Shown: piece after piece, positions 18,133-26,524 of the stretch
Numbering within the stretch: the first letter of the stretch is position 1
Layout: each line of letters opens with the position of its first letter
Source: Anaerohalosphaeraceae bacterium
GTDB taxonomy: Bacteria > Planctomycetota > Phycisphaerae > Sedimentisphaerales > Anaerohalosphaeraceae
DNA length: 34,065 nucleotides
Direction: 5' to 3'
NCBI GenBank assembly: GCA_041690555.1
Contig: JAWLHD010000002.1
Span: 1 to 34,065 of the forward strand
Notes under the pieces: generated by a model
What the model saw: only the letters and a program-made list of their open reading frames with translations
Told to the model about the DNA's origin: nothing
The model's database searches: none
Made by a program: the position numbers and the translations under genes

Positions 18133-20160
18133 CTAAAACCGCCTGACCAGCTTAACAAAAAACATCGAGTTGGTTGTCTCCGTGTTTCTCCTGTCCAGCA
18201 CATAATACCCCCACCCTCCGCGAATGCTAAGGTCCCGCTGATGATACTCCAGACCCGCGTCGAAACGCAACCCGTCCGTGCGTCCTATGTCGCTCGAATT
18301 CTCTCGCCGAAGCTCCGCATCTGCCGTAAGCGTCAAATGCCGCGTCAGCCGGTTCTTGACGCCTGCCCTCGCGGTGAAGAGGCTCGTCTGGCGATCGCGA
18401 TCTCCAGTCGAATCGATCCACGCCTGGGCCAACTGCCCGTGAATCGACGTCGTCGGCGACAGCGACCAGTGCCCGCTCGCCGTGATCCGGTCGCTTTCCG
18501 AACTGTTATGTGTCGATTCGATCTCCCGGTGCTCCGCCGTCAGCGTTATGTTCCGCAATCTGTAAGCCGCACCGAAGGTATCGGAACGGTAGTCCTCATC
18601 CGGATTGAACGCCGCCTCTCGCGAAAAGTCTATCTCCGTCTGGCGATTCTGGTGAGCGTAGTAAACCGAGAATCCGTTGTTGAACTGCTGCTCGACCCTG
18701 AAGTAATGCTCCAGCAAATCCTCCGTTACGGAACTCTCAACCGCATACAGATAATCTACGTACAACTCCTGCCCATCGCTTATATTTGGCAGGTCCACCC
18801 CCAATGTCGTTATCTCGAGCTCTACGCGATCGCCTACCCGCCGAACAGTGTAATCATCCCCTTCGGTGTATATCTCCGTGCCGTCCGCATTCTTCACCAC
18901 GATCGTGTCGATCAGCACGTCTCGCTTCTCCAGCACAATCGGAAACGGATCCGTGAACGTATGCGATTCGTCGATCACAATATCAGTCCCCGTATCCCCC
19001 GTGCTTTCCCTATTCGCCATCCTGAAAGAGTACTCCGCCGTCAGCAGCCCCCACGGATTGTGCCGGTAATAGTTGAAGCGCAGGTCCCCGCCCCGGCTAA
19101 TCGATTCGCTGCTCCTGCCGAACTCCGTCTTGTTCGCAAACAGGCTCAGCCGCGTCGTAAAGTTGTCGTACAACCTATGCGTAAAGCCGCCCACGCCACC
19201 GATCGTCCGGCTCTTGATCGACTCGAACGTGCTCTCCGAATAATGCGCGCTGTAAAACGTGCTGAAGCGGTCCGTATGCCGCAGCAGCAGACTCTCCTGC
19301 CACTCCAGCGTCCGCGTATCGATATCGCTCTGCCTGTCCACCAGCGATACATGCGACGTCAGACTGTGCCGGTCGCCCGGACCGAAGTTGTAATCATGGT
19401 TCAGCCTGTAGCTTTTGCTGTCGATCTTGCGGGTATGGCCCGCCCCCGTCTGAACGACGTCGTCCATGTCGAAGCGAAAGTCAAGGTGAGATCTATCGCT
19501 GAAGTCGTGCGATACCGAGTATGCAAACCGCTTCGAACGCCTGCCGAACAAAAAACCACTGTCGTCCAGGTCCGCCGTCTGCCTAATCTCGTTGTCCGTC
19601 CATGATAAGGTCATCGGCCAGTCCGAGTTCTGCCAACGCGCAAGAACGCCGCGCGACGTGTTCTCAATGTGCAGCGGGCTGCGGAATCGACGCGGCAGAT
19701 ATGACTCTTCCTTGCTCAGGCTCACGCTGAAAGGATACGGCTTGCCCGACAGGAAATTTGTTATCAGCCTATAGCTGTTCATGTTGCCTGACGAGCTGTC
19801 GCTGTCCCTGTCCGTAGAGTAGCGCTGCTGCACCAGACCCATGCCGACCCCCGCCGCGTAAGTCATAAGCTTCGGGTCGAACACGTCGCCTTCCGTATGT
19901 ACGTACAATTCTTCCTGCGTGATTGAGCTCTTGTTCTCACGAGTTCCTGTCGGCGACTTCAGCTCCTCGCTGTGCTGCCGCGTCGAAAGCCGCAGCTCGC
20001 CGTGAATGCCGCGTCCTTGCACCAGCGGACGTTCCCGCCCGCGCACCCGAACTGCGCACCCTCCATGCAGCAGTATCACCGCGCACGCCGCCGCGACGAG
20101 CAATATCTTGAGTAAATTCAATCCATTGACACATTTCTCTGGTGTGTCTTGATTATACAA
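18133..20160 (-). CDS. Outer-membrane beta-barrel-type protein (675 aa) with a central ~90-aa soluble-looking insertion
   Basis: There is no in-frame ATG at the 5' end. Candidate starts are TTG at 20160 or TTG at 20121, which would give (M)NLLKILLVAAACAVILLHGGC. Long runs of alternating polar/hydrophobic residues rich in Y/F/R/D/S/T are present. The C-terminal ...FFVKLVRRF ends in the aromatic residue typical of BAM-dependent barrels. Confidence 0.7.
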   Translation of the reverse strand: MYNQDTPEKCVNGLNLLKILLVAAACAVILLHGGCAVRVRGRERPLVQGRGIHGELRLSTRQHSEELKSPTGTRENKSSITQEELYVHTEGDVFDPKLMTYAAGVGMGLVQQRYSTDRDSDSSSGNMNSYRLITNFLSGKPYPFSVSLSKEESYLPRRFRSPLHIENTSRGVLARWQNSDWPMTLSWTDNEIRQTADLDDSGFLFGRRSKRFAYSVSHDFSDRSHLDFRFDMDDVVQTGAGHTRKIDSKSYRLNHDYNFGPGDRHSLTSHVSLVDRQSDIDTRTLEWQESLLLRHTDRFSTFYSAHYSESTFESIKSRTIGGVGGFTHRLYDNFTTRLSLFANKTEFGRSSESISRGGDLRFNYYRHNPWGLLTAEYSFRMANRESTGDTGTDIVIDESHTFTDPFPIVLEKRDVLIDTIVVKNADGTEIYTEGDDYTVRRVGDRVELEITTLGVDLPNISDGQELYVDYLYAVESSVTEDLLEHYFRVEQQFNNGFSVYYAHQNRQTEIDFSREAAFNPDEDYRSDTFGAAYRLRNITLTAEHREIESTHNSSESDRITASGHWSLSPTTSIHGQLAQAWIDSTGDRDRQTSLFTARAGVKNRLTRHLTLTADAELRRENSSDIGRTDGLRFDAGLEYHQRDLSIRGGWGYYVLDRRNTETTNSMFFVKLVRRF

Positions 20161-20174
20161 TAGGTTCAGTCGGC

Positions 20175-20849
20175 TTAATCAAAGGTGTTCGGATCCGGAC
20201 TCACGGCGTACTTCAGGAGCTTCTCCCTTTCGCCGGCATGAGGATCATGACAGTCCGTACAAATAGTATCCTCCATCCTGGTATGTCCCGGTATCGTCGC
20301 CATATCCTCCGCCACGTGACACCGGTAGCAGAGGTCCGGTTGTGGCGCCGCCTGCAGGTGCACGTAGCCGCTCTGGTGCGGATTGTGACATATAACGCAC
20401 TCACCTACGGCAACCGGGCCGTGCAGACGCGCCCCGGGAGTTGCGAAGTTCGCGTGGCACATGTAGCATAACTCTGGGACTGCCGCGATCAGTTCGCGCT
20501 GGTACTGTTGAAAGCTCGATGCGTGGCACTTAATGCAATCCCGCGCTGGTGCGTGTCTGCTGCCCCGCCGCTGCGCCGCCGCAGGCGTATCGGGGCGTCC
20601 CGTTGCCCCCCCCGCCGGCAATTCGCCGGTGTTCACGACGACCACCGACCGGTGAACGCCTCCCTCGATCGGCGGAACGCCCTCGAAGAAGAACGTCAGA
20701 ACGCGCCGGCGCTCCACGTCGCTGCATCCGATCCCCAGCGCAATAGCCAACATCCCCGACACAACCGCCAGTCTGACCATGATACCTGCCGCCCCGTCGA
20801 TCACATGCGCTCGGCGGCTGCTGCCAGCAACTCTCTCGTTCTTCTCCAT
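20175..20849 (-). CDS. N-terminally anchored pentahaem c-type cytochrome
   Basis: Five CXXCH motifs: CIKCH, CYMCH, CVICH, CYRCH, CTDCH. A hydrophobic anchor/signal reads MVRLAVVSGMLAIALGIGC. I chose the start at ATG 20849 (MEKNERV..., GAGG 3 nt upstream) because the track start at 20957 overlaps the upstream gene by 86 nt. ATG 20780 (MVRLAV...) is an equally possible start. Confidence 0.8.
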   Translation of the reverse strand: MEKNERVAGSSRRAHVIDGAAGIMVRLAVVSGMLAIALGIGCSDVERRRVLTFFFEGVPPIEGGVHRSVVVVNTGELPAGGATGRPDTPAAAQRRGSRHAPARDCIKCHASSFQQYQRELIAAVPELCYMCHANFATPGARLHGPVAVGECVICHNPHQSGYVHLQAAPQPDLCYRCHVAEDMATIPGHTRMEDTICTDCHDPHAGEREKLLKYAVSPDPNTFD

Positions 20850-20871
20850 CAGCCTCGCCCAAAATGGCCTG

Positions 20872-22032
20872 TCAGCCGTTAGCCGCGTCTGGTCCTGCCG
20901 AATCGCCTTCGGCGCCTCCGGACGGCAGAAAAACCTCCGGGAATGTACCAAAGCCATAGACGCTCACCTTCCGGCTGCCGAACTGGTTTGTAACCAGTAC
21001 AATGAAATCAAGCTTGGCACCCTTGACTGCGTACTTCTCGAACACAGCCACGTTGTCATAATCGATTACCACGTCCGCCGGCAGATACATCTGCCCCGGC
21101 TCGGTGCCCAACGTTCCGAAGTACATCAGCAGACGACCGTCCGCCCGAAATACCTTCACCGCACACGCCGGTCCCGCGTCAGCCACCCACACCCTGCCCT
21201 CTCTATCCACGGCGATCCCCTTTGATCGCACAAGGCTCGCCGGACTGCTTCCGCCGGGCTGCCCGTAAGAGAAGACATGTCTGCCGTCGCGGTTGAAACG
21301 TGTGACGCTGCCCTTGAGCTTGTCCCCCACGTAAACGTCTCCACCCTCGTCCACCGCCAAATCCGTAATCATGGCAAGGTCATCCTCTCCCGGCCTCTGC
21401 CCATCTGCAACTCCCCTGCCGATTCGCCTCAAAAGCTGCCCGCTCCGCTTGTCCAGAACCAGGACCTGGTTGCTGTTACCGTCGGTTATATACAACTCGC
21501 CCTGGCGCACCGCCACGTCGATAGGCCGCATTTCCAGGTCCCGTCCAAGGTACGCCGCCAGCTTGTCCTCGGCGCTCCACACCGACACGACTCCTGTCAG
21601 CGCGTCCGCCACGTATTTCGTGCCGTCCCGCTCGATAAAGATGCTCACCGGCCGCTGCAAAGACCTCCCGGAGCCAAACACCGAGAAGCGGTTGTTGACA
21701 ATGTCCATGACCTTGATATTACCCTGCCCCACATCGCAAACGTATATTTTGCCGCCGTGGATCGCCACCCCGTAAGGCTTGGCCAGCGTGTCCGCCGGTG
21801 CGTCTGATTCGCCCAAGACGAACGTCTCGAGAAAACTGGCCTTCTCAATATGGAAATTCTCCGCCCCCGAAAAGGACGTAAGAAACTGAAGTCGCGGCGT
21901 CGCAGGTGGCGGCGGATAAAAAACGGGTTCAAAATCAAGCTCCTTTGCCGCCGATTTCTGGCACCCGCCATTTACAAACAAACTCGCCGCCGCAAATACA
22001 GCCAAAACTAACATAACTTGTTTGTTGTGCAT
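20872..22032 (-). CDS. Exported NHL-repeat beta-propeller protein (lipoprotein-like signal), paralogue of 17062-18120
   Basis: Start chosen at ATG 22032 (MHNKQVMLVLAVFAAASLFVNGGC) with AGGAG 7 nt upstream. NHL-type repeats include GVAIHGGKIYVCDVGQGNIKV, GELYITDGNSNQVLVLD and GIAVDREGRVWVADAGPACAVKVF. Confidence 0.85.
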   Translation of the reverse strand: MHNKQVMLVLAVFAAASLFVNGGCQKSAAKELDFEPVFYPPPPATPRLQFLTSFSGAENFHIEKASFLETFVLGESDAPADTLAKPYGVAIHGGKIYVCDVGQGNIKVMDIVNNRFSVFGSGRSLQRPVSIFIERDGTKYVADALTGVVSVWSAEDKLAAYLGRDLEMRPIDVAVRQGELYITDGNSNQVLVLDKRSGQLLRRIGRGVADGQRPGEDDLAMITDLAVDEGGDVYVGDKLKGSVTRFNRDGRHVFSYGQPGGSSPASLVRSKGIAVDREGRVWVADAGPACAVKVFRADGRLLMYFGTLGTEPGQMYLPADVVIDYDNVAVFEKYAVKGAKLDFIVLVTNQFGSRKVSVYGFGTFPEVFLPSGGAEGDSAGPDAANG

Positions 22033-22187
22033 ATTGACACTCCTGATGATTCGGGACCTTCGCCCACTCGGTGCCGGCAATTAAAACGACAATATTCACT
22101 GTTGCTGCGGCAACTCTTTTCTTGCACTAAGTCATCAGCTAACAAACACTTAATGAATCTTGAAAACCGCTGCGGATCTAAAGACAC

Positions 22188-22216
22188 AGTATAACCGTGG
22201 GAATACAAGTATTCAA
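22188..22216 (-). promoter_or_regulatory. Putative sigma70-like promoter of the NHL/cytochrome/barrel operon
   Basis: Read on the minus strand: TTGAAT (22216-22211), a 17-nt spacer, then TATACT (22193-22188). It lies about 150 nt upstream of ATG 22032 and immediately downstream of the terminator at 22275-22309. Confidence 0.45.
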
Positions 22217-22274
22217 TCCGGTTAAGTCAAAAAGTCTGACACGAACGCCGCTTCTTCGACATTCCCCCTGAATG

Positions 22275-22309
22275 AAAACCCGGCCTGGGTGTCTTCTCCT
22301 CAGGCCGGG
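22275..22309 (-). terminator. Rho-independent terminator after the tetrahaem cytochrome gene
   Basis: The minus strand reads CCCGGCCTG-aggagaagacac-CAGGCCGGG followed by TTTT. That is a 9-bp GC-rich stem, a 12-13 nt loop and a U-tract, about 40 nt downstream of the stop at 22350. Confidence 0.6.
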
Positions 22310-22349
22310 TAGGGTAGTACACAGAACAGAAATCCAGACAATTCGCCTG

Positions 22350-23096
22350 TCATTTGATATGGCAAGTCTTGCAAAGAGCGCCGTAGTTCAGTTCGTAGCT
22401 CTGCTCAAGGTAGTTTAGGCCCGCTCTGCGAGCGCTGTATGTTAGCCCCCACTGGATGCCCGGAATGTTCACCAAATGCGGAATACTCAGCGTGAACTCA
22501 CCCGAACCGGGTGCCGTAACCTGATTGCCCTGGTCATCCAGTATCGGGTTGCCTTCTCCGTCGTACTGCGGAACCGCATCGTTTTCCCACTGCAAATTCT
22601 GTCCGTGCAGCCCCTGAAGGTGAATATCGTGGCAGCTCTGGCAGTTGACGTAACCCTTCGTCGCACTCGTAAGGTCCTCGGCGATGGTTCCCCGCCCGTT
22701 GACCACGTTGCTGGGGCTCGTCTCGGGGTACAGTTCGGGATCCTGCGACGCCGCCAATGCATACGAAAACTCAATCGGGTGAGAACCGCTCAGGTCCCCG
22801 CCCACCGTATTGATCAGGTGGCTGCTGCCGTCCGTCGCGTCATGACACGAAAGACAAAGCAGCGTCGGACCCTCCGGATCGCCGGGCGTGGCGTCCATCG
22901 TCGCGCTCGAGTAGTTCGTCCAGCTCACCTGGCTGGTCATCCTCCCGCTCCACAAAGGCATGTCTGTCAATTGCTGAGCCTTGTGCGGGATGTGACACGA
23001 ATCGCAGTCATAAGTCGAACTGGTCTCTATGCTGTGGAACGCAATAGCCGGTGCCGCCACCGCAAGTACCGCTAACATCAAGAACGCCTTTTTCAT
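22350..23096 (-). CDS. Exported tetrahaem c-type cytochrome
   Basis: Start chosen at ATG 23096 (MKKAFLMLAVLAVAAPAIA) with GGAGG 8 nt upstream. Haem motifs are CDSCH, CLSCH, CQSCH and CKTCH, the last being 2 residues from the C-terminus. The protein shares a module with the N-terminus of the dodecahaem protein. Confidence 0.85.
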   Translation of the reverse strand: MKKAFLMLAVLAVAAPAIAFHSIETSSTYDCDSCHIPHKAQQLTDMPLWSGRMTSQVSWTNYSSATMDATPGDPEGPTLLCLSCHDATDGSSHLINTVGGDLSGSHPIEFSYALAASQDPELYPETSPSNVVNGRGTIAEDLTSATKGYVNCQSCHDIHLQGLHGQNLQWENDAVPQYDGEGNPILDDQGNQVTAPGSGEFTLSIPHLVNIPGIQWGLTYSARRAGLNYLEQSYELNYGALCKTCHIK

Positions 23097-23409
23097 CTGT
23101 GCTGCCTCCAAACACTGCTGTTGATCTTTCGCGGGCTTAGATAGCCGTAATCTAAGGGACTCCCGCCCGTCACTGTACATGCAATCAATATGCCTTCACG
23201 CCGCACCCTGCTTGTCCCGCCGGGAACAAATCTCTAAGACTTTGCAAGAAAAGCACTTATAGGAACATAAAAATTTGCCGATGCCGCCTGCCGCCGCCCC
23301 TTTTCTCAATTTCGGGAAGAAGACCGACTGCTGTTATCAGTATTGAGAATGCAGTTATTTCGGGGCTGTACCGACCATCCAAGACACCTTGTGAAGCTGC
23401 TCAAAACAA

Positions 23410-23438
23410 TTGACACCCCCTGCCGCCGCAGTTACACT
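23410..23438 (+). promoter_or_regulatory. Putative sigma70-like promoter upstream of the GMP synthase subunit gene
   Basis: TTGACA (23410-23415), a 17-nt spacer, then TACACT (23433-23438), about 90 nt before ATG 23527. Confidence 0.4.
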
Positions 23439-23526
23439 GGCCCTGGAATACAGTTCACCCAGTGAGCCGTAAGCTTGCGACCGGCACGAAGCCGGCCTAT
23501 CTGACAGATTCTTAAGGAGAGTGTTA

Positions 23527-24489
23527 ATGCCCTCGGAGATCACCCTTCAGCAACTCAACACCGAAGAGTTCATCAATGACCAGGTCCGCCGAATCAGGGA
23601 CGCCGTCAAAGACACAATCGCCATCAACGCCCTCTCCGGCGGCGTCGACTCCTCCGTGGTCACCATACTCGGCCATCGCGCTCTCGGAAAGCAGCTAAAG
23701 ACGGTCTTCGTCGACACAGGCCTCATGCGTCAGGACGAACCTCAACGCGTTGCCGAGCTCTTCGCCGAGCTCGGAGTGCCCGTTCAAATCGTCGACGCTC
23801 GCAGCGAGTTCTTCGCTGCGCTCAAAGGCCTGACCGACCCGGAAGCCAAGCGCGAGGCCGTTACGCAGACCTTCTATCGAACCGTCTTCGGCCGTATCGT
23901 CAAAGAGAGCAAGGCCCGTTGCCTCCTCCAGGGCACCATACTGACCGACATCGACGAAACCGTCGCCGGCATAAAGCGTCAGCACAACGTCTTCGCCCAA
24001 CTCGGCATCGACCCAGAGCAGGCATTCGGCTACCAGATCGTCGAACCCCTAATCCAACTCCGCAAGGACGGTGTGCGCAAAGTGGGCGAAGCCCTCGGGC
24101 TGCCCGCAGAACTCTTTGAACGCATCCCGTTCCCAGGGCCTGCACTGGCGGCCCGCGTCATCGGCGAATGCACGCCCGAACGGGTCGAGACCGTCCGCAA
24201 GGCTACAATTGTCGTCGAACGCATCCTCAAGGATGTACGCGCCTTTCAGTACATGGCGATCCTCCACGAAGACCGCGTCACGGGCATGCGGCAGGGCCAG
24301 CGTGACTTCGGCCTCCAGATTGAGATTCGCTGCTGGGACAGCGTCGACGCACGCACGGCAACACCAACCAACCTGCCTTTCGACACACTCCGCAAACTCG
24401 CCGACGACATCGTCCGCGACGTACCCGGCGTCGTCAGCGTGACATACAACATAGCCACAAAACCGCCCTCAACAATCGAGGCAATATGA
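23527..24489 (+). CDS. guaA: GMP synthase ATP-pyrophosphatase/dimerisation subunit (GuaA C-terminal half only; no glutamine amidotransferase domain)
   Basis: AAGGAG (23514-23519) lies 7 nt before ATG 23527; the track starts at GTG 23521. PP-loop SGGVDSS. Further motifs: LLQGTILTD, GIKRQHNV, VEPLIQLRKDGVRKVGEALGLP and PFPGPALAARVIGE. Confidence 0.85.
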   Translation: MPSEITLQQLNTEEFINDQVRRIRDAVKDTIAINALSGGVDSSVVTILGHRALGKQLKTVFVDTGLMRQDEPQRVAELFAELGVPVQIVDARSEFFAALKGLTDPEAKREAVTQTFYRTVFGRIVKESKARCLLQGTILTDIDETVAGIKRQHNVFAQLGIDPEQAFGYQIVEPLIQLRKDGVRKVGEALGLPAELFERIPFPGPALAARVIGECTPERVETVRKATIVVERILKDVRAFQYMAILHEDRVTGMRQGQRDFGLQIEIRCWDSVDARTATPTNLPFDTLRKLADDIVRDVPGVVSVTYNIATKPPSTIEAI

Positions 24490-24509
24490 TCTGCAAAAGG
24501 AGAGCAAGA

Positions 24510-26111
<1,602 letters not shown>

Positions 26112-26123
26112 TATTCGGATCGT

Positions 26124-26242
26124 GCGGGGATTGGCTTTGATTGGCTTTGTTTTCTGGCCGGCGGGCGGCGGCTAATTCATGCAACCCTTTGCCCGCAAAG
26201 CCTTTAGCGTTATGGCGGGGCGTTTGAAATTGGCTTTGTTTT
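26124..26242 (+). repeat. Short direct repeats in the fucosidase-iorA spacer
   Basis: ATTGGCTTTG occurs at 26130-26139 and 26140-26149 (in tandem) and again at 26229-26238. The latter two copies are each followed by TTTT. Both repeat loci are preceded by GCGGGG (26124-26129; 26215-26220). Confidence 0.5.
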
Positions 26243-26487
26243 GAACAACCGGCCCTTGCGGCACAGGGACAGAGGGCTGGCTGCAGGCGATTCTGTTCTC
26301 CTTTTGGCAGTCATTTCTGCAAACCTCACTCTCTCAGTCATTCAGGGCGCGGCCTACACGGGCTGCGCCTGCATTATATTATAGCATAAGTTTTGTGTTT
26401 GTCAAATATCTGCGCAGTGTTTTGTGTGGATTTTTATTTATTGACGGGGATTCTCACGGGTGCTTGCGGGCAATGACAATGTGGGGG

Positions 26488-26515
26488 TTGAACAAGGCGG
26501 GTTTTTTGCTATACT
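26488..26515 (+). promoter_or_regulatory. Putative sigma70-like promoter of the ior-paaK-ACT operon
   Basis: TTGAAC (26488-26493), a 16-nt spacer, then TATACT (26510-26515). Only 9 nt separate the -10 from ATG 26525. An AT-rich tract lies upstream (26370-26445). Confidence 0.45.
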
Positions 26516-26524
26516 GTCGGGACT

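Noticed and set aside
17773-19605. 610-aa + strand ORF, and similar long antisense ORFs (1316-2380 -, 4313-5056 -, 9007-10326 +, 24921-26033 -, 26438-27661 -, 28252-29817 -, 29787-30563 -, 30742-31443 -, 32639-33325 -)
   Set aside because: These are shadow ORFs opposite confidently identified genes in GC-rich DNA. Their translations are Arg/Pro/His-rich with no recognisable motifs or ribosome-binding sites.
20850-20957. N-terminal 36 residues of the 260-aa track ORF for the pentahaem cytochrome
   Set aside because: This extension would overlap the upstream NHL gene by 86 nt and precedes the hydrophobic anchor by 60 residues. Internal starts at 20849 or 20780 give a normal signal/anchor geometry.
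23439-23526. Purine/guanine riboswitch in the guaA leader
   Set aside because: The leader is only about 85 nt and lacks the conserved purine-riboswitch junction and loop sequences. Only a short CCGGC/GCCGG hairpin is present.
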